A DNA stretch of 64,000 bases from assembly GCA_963784385.1 (NCBI GenBank), contig CAWARF010000004.1, positions 292,412-356,411 on the forward strand, given 5' to 3'. This DNA is from an uncultured Acidobacteriota bacterium. GTDB taxonomy: Bacteria > Acidobacteriota > Terriglobia > Acidiferrales > UBA7541. Under the pieces are notes generated by a model that worked only from the letters and a program-made list of their open reading frames with translations, did not search any database and was not told the DNA's origin. The position numbers and the translations under genes were made by a program. Numbering within the stretch: position 1 is the stretch's first letter; every line of letters begins with the position of its first letter. Below are positions 18,545-29,387 of the stretch, in pieces.

Positions 18545-19147
18545 TTATTGATGCGGCTTGCCGTCGGGCAAAGTCCAGATGTGGTGAGTATCGACGCGGA
18601 AGATCATGTACGTGACCTCGGAATCAATATGGCTAAAGAAATGTGGTGTATTGGGAGGAATGATCACCACATCACCGGGTCCGACCTCGCGCGTCACTCC
18701 ATTTTCGACACCCGTGCCGGACACACTCGGCCCAGGGCCCCTGTGTGTGGGGTTGACCTTTGGATTCTCAATGGTGCCGCCGGTCACGAATGTCGCGTCG
18801 CCCGAAAGGAATTCGTATATCTCGGTGATGTCGCTATGTTCGATGGGTCCGCCGTTAAAAGCCCCGGGGGTGTGACCTGGCGGCGTGGCACGGTGCACGA
18901 CGGAAACGCCGACGTTGTACTCCCCATTATTGATTGCAACCTCGCGGAGAGTTTGGTCGCTGACTGGCATTTGAGCGTCCGTTCTCCCTAGGACGGCCTG
19001 GATTTCCTTTGAGGTTATATCCGTGGCCGTACCGCGGGGTAAATGCTGCGCTACGGGCTCCGTCGTTTGCGCGGACGATTCTTGCGCACGGACACATGGA
19101 GAAAGAGCAAACACCGAAAACAAGACACCGTAGAACGCCTTTCGCAT
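18545..19147 (-). CDS. cupin-domain protein (secreted)
   Basis: Signal peptide MRKAFYGVLFSVFALSPCVRAQ. Cupin motifs GPIEHSDITEIYEFLSG and GDVVIIPPNTPHFF. Confidence 0.7.
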   Translation of the reverse strand: MRKAFYGVLFSVFALSPCVRAQESSAQTTEPVAQHLPRGTATDITSKEIQAVLGRTDAQMPVSDQTLREVAINNGEYNVGVSVVHRATPPGHTPGAFNGGPIEHSDITEIYEFLSGDATFVTGGTIENPKVNPTHRGPGPSVSGTGVENGVTREVGPGDVVIIPPNTPHFFSHIDSEVTYMIFRVDTHHIWTLPDGKPHQ

Positions 19148-19228
19148 TTCTCGCCTCCATTCGGCGCTTTCGCGCCCTCGTCTCACAATCACTCGTACTG
19201 AACGACAATAGGAAAGATCGCAAAAAAT

Positions 19229-20797
19229 CTACGATAGACCGAAGACAACGTAAATATTTACACATGGAATCACGACATACTGCTTGCCGTCGATCGCATA
19301 GGTTGCCAAGCCATTTCGCGGATCAAATCCTCCCATCGGAAATTCCCAAAGTAGCTTGCCCGTGTCGGCGTCGAGCACCAGAAAGTCGCCTTCGTCATCC
19401 CCGGTGAAAACCAATCCGCCCGCCGTCGCGAGCGGACTGATCCAAGCGGGAGCGATCATCCGATATTCCCATTTCAATTTCCCCGTCATCGAATCCAGTG
19501 CCCGGACCGCCCCGTAAGCATCGTCTCCGCTTCGGATGCTTGACCCCTTTGCCTTAAATAAACCGCTCATCTCCTTTGCGCTCACATAGAACAGTTTGTT
19601 CTCAGGGTCAAAAGCAGGAGCGGTCCAGTTGGTTCCACCGCTATAGCTGGGGTTCGTTATTGTCCCCTCTGGAGCAGGATCGTAATTGGGCAACTTAATA
19701 GGACGCCCCTTTTCGTCGAGTCCCTTGGCCCATGTCTGGGCTATATAAGGTGTACCTGAAATAAACTCACCAGTTGTCCGGTCCAAAACGTAGTAAAAGC
19801 CGTTCCGATTGGCCACGGCTACGAGCTTTCGTCGCTTCCCTCGAACTTCCGAATCAAACAACACGGGAACCTGGGTGGCATCCCAATCGTGAATGTCATG
19901 AGGCGTGAACTGAAAATGCCACCTCATTTTCCCCGTGTCCGCATCGATGGCTAACAGTGAACACGTATACAGATCATCGCCGGGGCGGCCGCTGCCGTCC
20001 ATAACCGGGTACGGATTACCCGTCCCCCAATAAATCAAATTCAAAGCTGGATCATATGAACCGCTGTTCCATGTGTCGCCGCCGACCGGTGTGGTCGTAC
20101 CCCATGTTTCCGAACCAGGTTCACCGACTTGAGGAACAGTCCACAGGCGCCAGAGTCTCTTGCCTGTTCGTGCGTCATAGGCATCCAGCAATCCCCTGGC
20201 GCCGCGATCGCCGCCGCCTGTGCCGATGATCACCTTGCCGTCGATGGCCAGCGGCGCTCCCGCGATTGCATGATTGTCGGAGTTACTCTCAACCTCTACG
20301 ATCCATCGCAGGGCCCCGGTCTTTGCGTCCAGAGCTGCAAGATGACAGTCCAATGTGCCGACGTAAACCGTATCGTTGAGTATCGCGATGCCACGATTGT
20401 TCGCGTGCAGACCGACATACTTCACTACTTTGGGCAGCTGCGGCGACCAACTCCACAACCGGAGACCCGTGCGTGCATCCAGAGCCGTCACCGTACTCGG
20501 CGGCTCGACGACGTACATAATCCCATCCACCACAAGAGGATTCGATTCGATGAATTCGCCAGCTACTTGCGCGCGCTGGTAAATCCAGAGCGGCCTCAAA
20601 TTCGCGGCGTTGTTTTTGTTAATTTCTTTCAGATAGGAAAACCGATGGGAGGAGTAGTCACCGCCGTACGTCAGCCAATTTTGAGGTTCTTTATCCGCGT
20701 TTAGGATCCTCTGATAGGGAGCGCTTTGCGCTTGCAACGCCACGGAAATCGCGCCCCCGACGGCTACTGCGAGCAAAACAAAAAAGGCGCGTGCCAT
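19229..20797 (-). CDS. PQQ-dependent dehydrogenase-like eight-bladed beta-propeller (periplasmic)
   Basis: Signal peptide, then NWLTYGGDYSSHRFSYLKEIN and repeated AxDAxTGKxxW motifs. No vicinal Cys-Cys pair was seen, so it is not a classical MxaF/ExaA type. Confidence 0.85.
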   Translation of the reverse strand: MARAFFVLLAVAVGGAISVALQAQSAPYQRILNADKEPQNWLTYGGDYSSHRFSYLKEINKNNAANLRPLWIYQRAQVAGEFIESNPLVVDGIMYVVEPPSTVTALDARTGLRLWSWSPQLPKVVKYVGLHANNRGIAILNDTVYVGTLDCHLAALDAKTGALRWIVEVESNSDNHAIAGAPLAIDGKVIIGTGGGDRGARGLLDAYDARTGKRLWRLWTVPQVGEPGSETWGTTTPVGGDTWNSGSYDPALNLIYWGTGNPYPVMDGSGRPGDDLYTCSLLAIDADTGKMRWHFQFTPHDIHDWDATQVPVLFDSEVRGKRRKLVAVANRNGFYYVLDRTTGEFISGTPYIAQTWAKGLDEKGRPIKLPNYDPAPEGTITNPSYSGGTNWTAPAFDPENKLFYVSAKEMSGLFKAKGSSIRSGDDAYGAVRALDSMTGKLKWEYRMIAPAWISPLATAGGLVFTGDDEGDFLVLDADTGKLLWEFPMGGFDPRNGLATYAIDGKQYVVIPCVNIYVVFGLS

Positions 20798-20916
20798 GAG
20801 TTTCGTGACGCCTCTCCCGAGCACGGCCCCAAAACAGGGTAACGACGTGGGCAATCGTTGAGTCGCGCGACTGTAAGGATATCGATGCCTCAGGGAAACA
20901 GTACCTCGAAGCAGCC

Positions 20917-21759
20917 TCATTTTGCACCCTTTAGGCTGACGAGGTATGCGACCAAATCAGCGGTGTCTTCGGTCGACAGGGTGCCTTGGAAGCTGGGCAT
21001 AAAGCTCTTGCCCGGCTCCTTTTCCAACGATTTCAGGTCCCTCTTCGGCAAGGACTGGAAGTTGCCTTTCGAGTCTTCCAGGATGATCGCTATGGAGCTT
21101 TCGGTCACTCGCATGCCCTCTACGGTCCGCCCGCCTTTCGTCGTTGCTCGAAACATCAGGTATTGGATCCATCGGCCGGTTGTAGGTCCCGTCGGTCCGC
21201 CCTTAGGCAAATTCGCTCCCGGGTCTTGCAATGTCTTGCGAAAGTAATCTGCCGAGCGCAAACCGCCAATTTCGGTGAGTTCGGGACCGTGATCACCGCC
21301 TTCTCCCCGGATCACATGACAATTGGCACATCCATTGGACGCGTAGACCAATCCTCCCTTCTCGGCGTCGCCGCTCTGCGCTTGCACTGCCTTTCCGGAT
21401 TCGCCGATCGCCGCGCTGGCCAGCGACCGGACGTAGGCCACGATTTGCATCGCTTGCGCGTCGGTGAGGGTGCCGCCGAATGCCGGCATCCCCGTACCGG
21501 GGACACCGTTCTTGATTATCTTCACTACTTCGTCGTCGCCTCGATTTGCCGGGACCCTCTGAATGTTGGGACCCACGCCCCCGCCGGCGTCGAACCCGTG
21601 ACAGCTGGCGCAGGATGTTTCAAACATCTGCTTGGCACTGTCGAGATCGGCTTGCGGGGGCCTACTGGGCTGCGGAACAGACCCCGAAAACGCCGGGACC
21701 GGTACGCCCAAGATCAGAATCAGCGCCGCAATCGATCGCGATGACCTTAGAAAACTCAT
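20917..21759 (-). CDS. c-type cytochrome with two haem-binding sites
   Basis: Signal peptide. Two CxxCH motifs (CASCHG, CANCHV). Sits directly upstream of the PQQ dehydrogenase gene. Confidence 0.85.
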   Translation of the reverse strand: MSFLRSSRSIAALILILGVPVPAFSGSVPQPSRPPQADLDSAKQMFETSCASCHGFDAGGGVGPNIQRVPANRGDDEVVKIIKNGVPGTGMPAFGGTLTDAQAMQIVAYVRSLASAAIGESGKAVQAQSGDAEKGGLVYASNGCANCHVIRGEGGDHGPELTEIGGLRSADYFRKTLQDPGANLPKGGPTGPTTGRWIQYLMFRATTKGGRTVEGMRVTESSIAIILEDSKGNFQSLPKRDLKSLEKEPGKSFMPSFQGTLSTEDTADLVAYLVSLKGAK

Positions 21760-21826
21760 TGTGAGCTCGCTCGCCAAATTCAAAAGTTCACACATCATCC
21801 GTGAGCGCAGTTCCATGCCACAAGAA

Positions 21827-24800
21827 TCAGAAAATATACTTCAACGCAAACTGCATGATTCTCGGGTCCTGCGGGGAGCTGTATCCTGGGTTCGCTGCAG
21901 CTCCTGAACTGGTACTTTCGCCGAACGTAGTGCTATTCATCGCGGTCGACGGATTACTAAGGTTAACCAAATTCAGAACATTGAAGGCTTCAAATCGAGC
22001 GTCGATCTCGTTCCGCTCATTGATCTTAAAGATGCGAGTCAGTGCGATATCAAAACTGTGAACCGACGGACCAACCAAACTACCGCGGCCAACATTGCCT
22101 AACGGGCCCACTGTAATGGGGCCATTACCAGCGTTGATTACGTTTCCTGTAAATCCAGGTGGAGCGGTAGGCACTGCGAACGCAGCGGGATTAAAATACT
22201 TCGCGCCCCGAACCGATCCCGTAAGAATCGTTTGCGGAACATAAACTGCCTGACCCGGCACGCGATTCGCTGGCTGCCCGCCGTTGGGAACGGAAGTAGC
22301 GATACCCACCAGCGCGGTGTCCACACCAGTCGTGACCGTGAGCCAACCGCCACTCAGGTAAGTTACGATCGGTGCTACCTGCCAGTGTCCGAGGATCGTC
22401 TCCATTACCCTCGAATGAAACTCCGGCGTCCGGTACACCCCGTTGAACGTCAGTTGATTGCGATGGTCAAACGAGCAATTGCCGATCTGTTGAGGCTGAC
22501 TCATGGTCAGCCATCCTGATGCAGCGTATACCGATCCGCTTTCACCATTGTCGATGCAGTGTGAGTACGTATAGTTCGCCACCGCACTGAAGTTATAGCT
22601 AAAGCGCTTTTGCACGGTGAGAACACCACCATTGTAAGTCGAGGTTCCGTTATCCAGGATCTCGGCAAGCGAGCCATACGAGGGTCCCCAGGTGGGACTC
22701 AACTGAAGGAAAAGTCGCCGTGCTGCCACGTTGCCCGCTGTGGAACAAGGGCCGGGGGCCGTGAGTCCGTACTGGCCCGCAGTGCAATTTCCCGGAACAT
22801 AGATTCCTGGATTCTCTTCCCCAAGTAGCCAATTGTGTACGGCGTGATTTCCGATATAGCTGGCAGTGATCGCCCAGCTTTGCCCAAATTGCTTTTCCGC
22901 GCTCAGGCTCCATTGCTGCACATTGGGAGCCTTCATATGAAGTTCTGAGTATGCCCCGTAAGCCCCGGACGTCGGGAATTGGAAATCTGCCGATGTTGCA
23001 ATCGGAAAAGGATCTACGCCGGTCTTACCGTTGTATGTAAAATTGGCCCAGGGGTTTGAAAAATTGCCCCCGCTCAGCAGAATGCTATCCGCCCAGGGCG
23101 CACTATCGGGGATGTTTTGCTGTTGTTGAAAGGATTCGAAATCATAGAACGATCCGTAGGATGCGCGAACCACCTCGCGCCCTTTGCCGCGAGGATCCCA
23201 GCTGAGGCCAATGCGGGGCTCAAAGTGCTTCCAGTCCCCCAAATAGCTGGCGCCAGGCCCAGGCCCCTGAGGATCTCCTGGGTACTGCAGACCAGCCGGG
23301 GCATTCACGAAAACTTTGCTTTGGATCCCGGCCTCGAAATCTGGAAGGCTGAAAGAGTATCCTTCCCCAGCTGCGTTTTGCTGGGCAGTGAACGGCTCCC
23401 ACCTCAAACCATAATTAAGTGTGAGTTTTCGGTTGATCTGCCAGGAATCCTGGGCGTACAGCGCGTAAAAATTCTTCTTGTTACCTTGATGCACTATATT
23501 CGATTGCTCAAACGTGAAGAAGTCTCCCGTTAGGAAATCGGCCATCGCGGAGCCCGTTACCCCACCCGAGAAAATGAAGTAACCATTATCGTAAATGTTA
23601 CTTGTGGAGATATCTCGGAAGTGGACGAATTCCCCGCCAAACGAAACTTGGTGAGTCCCGAGAGTTAACGCCATATCGTCTGTGAATTGATAATCCGTGT
23701 CGTCGAAATCAACCGGGATGTCGGATGGATTTTTCGCGTTGAAGTCACCCGTTACCTGAACGACGAGCCAATTTGGAAGTGGGTTATAGAAGTTGCCTCC
23801 AACACCCAGCTGGGTTGCCGTCTCTACCCCCGGATCAAATCCTTTCGAAACGGCTTGCCGGTTTAGGTTGGCGTGGAATGAATTCACGGCCCAACTTGAA
23901 AGCAGATACGTATCTCCCAGCGTAACGGTCTGGTATCGAGCCGACTGGTCAGGCGTGTTTATCGTCAGGAGGTCGGTCGTATCCGGCGGCAGAAAATAGC
24001 TTGCATAGTAATAACGCAAGAACAGAGACTGCTTATCGCTTACGTGGTAATCCACTCTGCCAACGATCCTTTTATCGGTCGTCGCAACTTTGACTGGAAA
24101 CGTATAGCTCCCACAAGCCTGATCCGTCGGCACCGGGAGTTCGTCTTTTACGAGATTCAGGGAAGGCGTACTGAATGCCGTGGGCGATATCATGTTGCCG
24201 ACGAATGGCGCCTTTAAGGTAACGGCCTTGGCTAGACATTGCGTAGAAGTGGCGGTCGTGAAATCGCCGGCCAATTCTTGTGCGGTGGGCAAAAACGCAA
24301 CGTTTCCATTGGATACGTCGCGAACGATCGTATCTTGAAAGGCGCCGAAAAAGAACAATTTGTCCTTGCGGATTGGACCGCCGAGCACGCCTCCGAATTG
24401 GTTACGCTTCAGCGGGTCCCGCACGGGCGCGTAGAAACTGCGTGCGTTAAAATCGCCGTTTCTCACGAACTCGAATGCATCCCCATGGAATTCGTTCGTT
24501 CCCGACTTTGTAATTGCGTTTACGGTCGCCGATGAATGCATCCCGTACTGGGCAGGCACTGCAGTCAGAAGAGCGCTGAATTCCTGCAGGGCGTCCGGAA
24601 ACGGCAGCGGATAAGCGTCGGATGTATGCGCGTCGTTATCATTGCCGCCATCCAAGATGTACGTGCCGACACCGGGACTTGTCCCCGCGAATGCGATCGT
24701 GAAGGGATTCGGGAAGTCCAATGCCGTATTGTATCCGCCGGCCACGACAGCTGACGGGGTCAGCGTGAGCAGTTGCATCGGGTCCCGCGCGTTCAGTGGG

Positions 24801-25238
24801 ATGTCCAATATTTCCTGGTGATTTACAACCTCGCCGACTGAACTGCTATGCGTCTCCACGATAGATGCATTGGCCGTCACAGTCACCGACTGTGCGACGG
24901 AGCCAACTTGCAAGGCAGCATTGAGGGTCGGAATGGAACCTACCTGCAACACGATCCCCGATTGCACGTAGGTGGTGAAGCCCTCTTTCTTTACTTGAAG
25001 TTCGTAAGCGCCCACAGGCAAATCTGGAAGCGTGTAGGATCCGTCTCCGTTGGTCGTCGGTGGTGCGAACCAAACCAGTGCCCGTGTCTGTCATCTGCAC
25101 TTGTGCTCCGGCAACCGGAGCACCGCTGGGGTCGGTCACGACTCCGGTTACCCGGGAATTCTCGACGGATTGGGCCCAGGAACTGGCGCAGAGAAGTGCA
25201 CCAAATACGAAAACCAGGGCATACTTGGCTATTCTCAT
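21827..25238 (-). pseudogene. TonB-dependent receptor with an N-terminal CarboxypepD_reg domain, interrupted by one frameshift near 25045-25056
   Basis: The 1064-aa ORF (21827..25021) ends in a beta-barrel tail ...FALKYIF. The signal peptide and start of the CarboxypepD_reg domain (MRIAKYALVFVFGALLCASSWAQ ... VQMTDTGTGLVRTT) are in another frame. The sequence continues as TNGDGSYTLPDLPVGAYELQV only after a 1-nt shift. A sequencing error cannot be excluded. Confidence 0.75.
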
Positions 25239-25384
25239 TTCATCTCCCCCTCTAAAAGTGAGTCGCCTTTGACGACGCACGTGAACCGACCAGCAGCAAC
25301 GTGGCGGGACTCTACCACTGCACGTCTGGCCTTCTTGTCATCTCAACTGATTACAAAAGGAGACCCTCGGTCCGAATGACGACC

Positions 25385-25486
25385 CTCGGCCAAGAAAGTG
25401 GCCATCCCACCCAGAGAGGCGATGACGGGGCTGCCCGCGATAAACTTCAGAAATTCCCTTCAGCACTAAGCCTTTGTGATATTCAT
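25385..25486 (-). pseudogene. duplicated 5' fragment (Tat signal region) of the FMN-dehydrogenase gene, with stop codons
   Basis: The 102 nt differ at 6 positions from 37101-37202. It reads MNITKA-stop-C-stop-REFLKFIAGSPVIASLGGMATFLAEG. Confidence 0.7.
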
Positions 25487-25643
25487 GACGGAGGGGAAAT
25501 ACGCTTGATGTATTTCGATTGCGCCCAGCTGTACTTAGTTCGGATGACAATAGAGCAAGAATTGCTGTGATATTTGACTGGGCGACCGTGTCGCGCGGAC
25601 CTGATACACAAAACCGGGGCCTAAATCATAAAGAGGAGATCAA

Positions 25644-27368
25644 ATGCACAGAATAGGGGGAGATGGTAGCCCAGAACGTTCTGATGTCGAACTCAGCTCT
25701 GCCCCAGACGGTCTTGGTCGGCGAGATTTGTTTAAGAGGATAGGCGCTGGCGCGGGCGTGGCCATAGCGGGACTGCTGGTTTCACAGGCGGGTCAGGCCC
25801 AAGAAGCGGGACAACGAGGCCAAGCGCCCGAACGGGCAAATGGACCGCTCGCCGCGGACACAGGCGGGGGATTACAGGATTGGCCCCAAATCCGTGAGAG
25901 CCGCTACATTCCTTCATCCGGGCAGGCAGGTTTTACGACGTTCGCCGGTCCAGGTTGGGTCAACAACTCTGGTCGAGCCTTCGGCAATGGACCGATGGAC
26001 GAGTGCAGCCGCAGACTTGTCGAATATGCTTCGTCTTATCACGTGAATTACACGGATGAATTCCTTGAGGCATTCAATTATCTGATGCTCGCTTCCCTCG
26101 CGGACATCTATAGTGGTTTCGAATCACAACCCGCTCGAATTAATAGCCGCCTTTCGCAGACGATGCGGGGCGATATGAAATGCACGGTAGTGGGATACGG
26201 AGTGGTCACAACTCCGGAAATGGCTGCGTTTACAAACGCCTGCATGTCTCGCCATACTGATTTCAACGACCACACGAACGAGTTGCTCTGGGGAGTTTTG
26301 GCCATTGGCGAAGCACTTCACGCATCGGGCCCCCAGGTGATTGACGCTATGACGATCGCTTATGAGGTGGTTGCGGCCTTGGACGGAGCGGCTGGTGGCG
26401 CAGTTGGCGTAGCGGGTTCTGGTGGGTACGACGTCATGTACCACGCTCCTGCGACAGCGCTCGCGTGCGGAAGGCTAATGGGGCTCGACAAAGACCAACT
26501 CGCGAATGCTCTCTCTATCGCGATTGTGCCGCACATACCACTGGCGGTAACGCACGCTGGCATTCTCTCCATGTGGAAAGGAAATCACAGCGCGGAGCAG
26601 ATTCGCAACGGCGTCTGGGGCGCTCTGCTAGCAAGCGAGGGGATGACTGGACCAGCTGAGCCCTTTGAAGGCAGAGACGGCGTGATTGAGCACGTTGGCC
26701 CCTTCGGGAGGGATCTCCGATTGCCTTACAGCGGAGATGGCCGGACGGCGATCGAGTCAATGCACGCGAACGGCAGAGGTTACAAGGCTCTTCCTGCCGT
26801 TGGCTCGTCAGTCATTTACTACATGCCGCTTCTCCCGGAGATCGTTGCATGGGTCAGACCTGACGAGGTTGCAGCCATCGACATCCACCTTAACGTCGTT
26901 CTGTGGCAGGAAGATGGTGATCCACCAAAGTTCGATCCGCAATGCCGCGAAACGGCCGATCACAGCTTGGTGTACATTACCTGCCGGGGAATCATCGACA
27001 AGCAGATCTACATCGATTCTTTTACGCATGACAAATACATGGATCCAGTAGTCCGCGAGATGATGCAGAAAGTCAGAACCATCCCGGACGCGCCTCCCGG
27101 CCCCGCGTTTTGGACCATACGCAAAAAGTCGGGAGAGGAGAAATCGTTCTCCGTCAAGGGTACAACCCCGTTGAGCCATGATGACAACGCGAAGAGGTAC
27201 TATCGCATGGCCGATTTCATGCAGATCGACAGGGCTCAGGCTGATCGTGCTCGGGAGCAGTGGATGAACCTGCGAGCTGTGAAGGACATTGCCGAAGCGA
27301 TACAGACCATTGCTAAATATGGTCAGCCCAAACCTCTATCGGACAAAACCAGGGCTCGCTGGTCGTAA
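25644..27368 (+). CDS. MmgE/PrpD-family protein carrying a twin-arginine (Tat) signal
   Basis: GAGGAG RBS. GRRDLFKRIGAGAGVAIAGLL followed by AQA. PrpD-like blocks are TPEMAAFTNACMSRHTDFNDH, IAYEVVAAL and WKGNHSAEQIRNGVWGALLASEGMTGPAEPFEGRDGV. Confidence 0.7.
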   Translation: MHRIGGDGSPERSDVELSSAPDGLGRRDLFKRIGAGAGVAIAGLLVSQAGQAQEAGQRGQAPERANGPLAADTGGGLQDWPQIRESRYIPSSGQAGFTTFAGPGWVNNSGRAFGNGPMDECSRRLVEYASSYHVNYTDEFLEAFNYLMLASLADIYSGFESQPARINSRLSQTMRGDMKCTVVGYGVVTTPEMAAFTNACMSRHTDFNDHTNELLWGVLAIGEALHASGPQVIDAMTIAYEVVAALDGAAGGAVGVAGSGGYDVMYHAPATALACGRLMGLDKDQLANALSIAIVPHIPLAVTHAGILSMWKGNHSAEQIRNGVWGALLASEGMTGPAEPFEGRDGVIEHVGPFGRDLRLPYSGDGRTAIESMHANGRGYKALPAVGSSVIYYMPLLPEIVAWVRPDEVAAIDIHLNVVLWQEDGDPPKFDPQCRETADHSLVYITCRGIIDKQIYIDSFTHDKYMDPVVREMMQKVRTIPDAPPGPAFWTIRKKSGEEKSFSVKGTTPLSHDDNAKRYYRMADFMQIDRAQADRAREQWMNLRAVKDIAEAIQTIAKYGQPKPLSDKTRARWS

Positions 27369-27694
27369 CAGGCGCTGACCTGGTTCCAGCCTGGAGTCCA
27401 CGAGAGCCGCATTGCGGCCTAAACATGATTTCGCACTTCCGGCGGGCGTCTCCATAGATCGCGCAGTCATCGTAGAAAGTGCTTTTCCGAAGCGGCACGC
27501 GCATGCACTTCGTCTTCTGCTGGGGCGAAAACGAGAGCATGCGCGAAGAATAAGAAGGCCATTCCATCACGCGAGCGATCTCCGGCAACCAGCAAGGAAC
27601 CGAAACCGCCCTACGGGAAGAGCGCGGGTGACGCGAGATCCATCGCATTTCCAACGATGAAGCCCGCGCAATCAACCAAGCAAACTGAAATTGG

Positions 27695-27988
27695 CTATTC
27701 GATTCCCTCAACGATGCGCAAATCTCGATCAGCAGCGCCAGCGATGAATTTTAGCGCTGCCTGATATGCATCGCCATCGTGCGCCGCAATCGCCTTCTCT
27801 ACACTGTCAAACTCTATGACTACAACGCGCTGCCTGATTCCGCCTTCATACGCCACTGCCGCTTCACCGCGCACCAACAAGCGCCCCCCGGCTTGCGTAA
27901 GGGCAGGTCCCGCGAGTTTTCCATACTCTATCAAGGCCGCCGGGTTTGACACAGAGCGGTACACCGAGATCCAGTATCCTTTAGCCAT
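27695..27988 (-). CDS. DUF1330-domain protein
   Basis: AAGGAGAG RBS. MAKGYWISVYRSVSNPAALIEYGKLAGPALTQAGGRLLVRG ... VVVIEFDSVEKAIAAHDGDAYQAAL. Confidence 0.8.
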   Translation of the reverse strand: MAKGYWISVYRSVSNPAALIEYGKLAGPALTQAGGRLLVRGEAAVAYEGGIRQRVVVIEFDSVEKAIAAHDGDAYQAALKFIAGAADRDLRIVEGIE

Positions 27989-28321
27989 TTCTTCTCTCCT
28001 TCGCTCCCATTTCAGAGGCGCAGCCGCGACGCCTTTCGGCGTAGCGAGCATGTTCTCATCGGGAGAGATCATTCAAGAAATCGTTGCAACACCCTGCCTC
28101 GGCGACCGCATGATTTTGCTCACCTGAGGCGAGGCGCCACTGATGCCAATTGCACCGACAACTCTTCCCGAACCTTTACGGAAATTCCCCTGCGAAAATC
28201 ATGATCTTTCCATTATTCGAGGTGTGGATTCCACAAACTGCCCGACTGTGAATGAGATGAGGAGGCCTCGGCGGAAATATCGAACCGGTCCGCCTTGAAC
28301 AGACAAATGCCCGGACGCGTA

Positions 28322-29230
28322 TCATCGCATCAGAAGAGCCGCGAGTTCATAGCCACTTGAGATCGACAGACGCTCATAGGCTCTGCGTCTATAAGTGAGA
28401 ACACTGCTCACTTTAATACCTAGTTCCTGCGCTGTCGTCTTGGCAGTGAAACCCACGGCAGTGCGAGCGCAGACCGCGCACTCCCGTGTCGTTAACTTCG
28501 CATCGAGCGAGGCCATCCTCTGAGTCAGTTCTTCGATGCGAGCCCGCCTCCGCGTGCCTAGATTTGGCGATTCCGCTGTCAACTCGTAGTGCTTTCTCAA
28601 TAGTGGGAGGAGAAGATGTGACAAAGTGGCGATGCGCTCTTGTTCCTCGTTGCTGAAACACCCCCAATGTGAATCCTTATAAAAGCTCAGGACGAACCAA
28701 CCGTTTTCAGCCCAGCGCGCCACCGTGAGCTTCTCAACGACGGCGGGCCTCAAATAACAGTCATTCAGGTATTGGTAGTCACTGATGTTGCCGGGACGAA
28801 CCCTCAAATTAATCCATTCGCTATGTGCAGTGGTACGGATCATCTGGTATGCAGGATCGAAAGTGAAATATCGATTGATATAACGGCGTATTCTCTCGCT
28901 GGAACCCGCAACTCTGCCAGCGTGCACGATAAGGCGAGGATTTCCGGGGGCTGGCCACACCCACCCCGTAAGTTCGCAAATCGGGGCGACCGCGGACACC
29001 ATCTCGAAGAAGGCGCCCGTCGCACCAGCCGTTCCGGTAGATCGAACAGCCTTTTCGCAGAACAACAGCCAGTCATGTTCGCCAATAGCGGACATTGTGG
29101 CACCCCCCCCAATTGCGGGCGGAACTGTAGTCTTGCTCATCAAGCGTGTCAAGACCGTTTGTTTACTTAACGTATCCTCGGCAAGCCCTTGGTCCCGATG
29201 GGAGTTACTAAGTTTCAAGATATTAGACAT
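28322..29230 (-). CDS. LuxR-family transcriptional regulator (C-terminal GerE HTH)
   Basis: C-terminus LTTRECAVCARTAVGFTAKTTAQELGIKVSSVLTYRRRAYERLSISSGYELAALL. The N-terminal roughly 220 aa could be a ligand-binding domain. The start is uncertain. Confidence 0.75.
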   Translation of the reverse strand: MSNILKLSNSHRDQGLAEDTLSKQTVLTRLMSKTTVPPAIGGGATMSAIGEHDWLLFCEKAVRSTGTAGATGAFFEMVSAVAPICELTGWVWPAPGNPRLIVHAGRVAGSSERIRRYINRYFTFDPAYQMIRTTAHSEWINLRVRPGNISDYQYLNDCYLRPAVVEKLTVARWAENGWFVLSFYKDSHWGCFSNEEQERIATLSHLLLPLLRKHYELTAESPNLGTRRRARIEELTQRMASLDAKLTTRECAVCARTAVGFTAKTTAQELGIKVSSVLTYRRRAYERLSISSGYELAALLMR

Positions 29231-29387
29231 AGGGATCTATAACGTTACCAGCAATGATCCGCTGAAACTCGAAATGGCAAGGCCGAACGTTCCACAGGCG
29301 GCCAGCAGAAGCGCTATTCGACGACGCAAACTTTCCGGGAAGACCCTTTCCGCGGCGTCGCCAGGCTCCTACGTCCCCTGGGAAACG

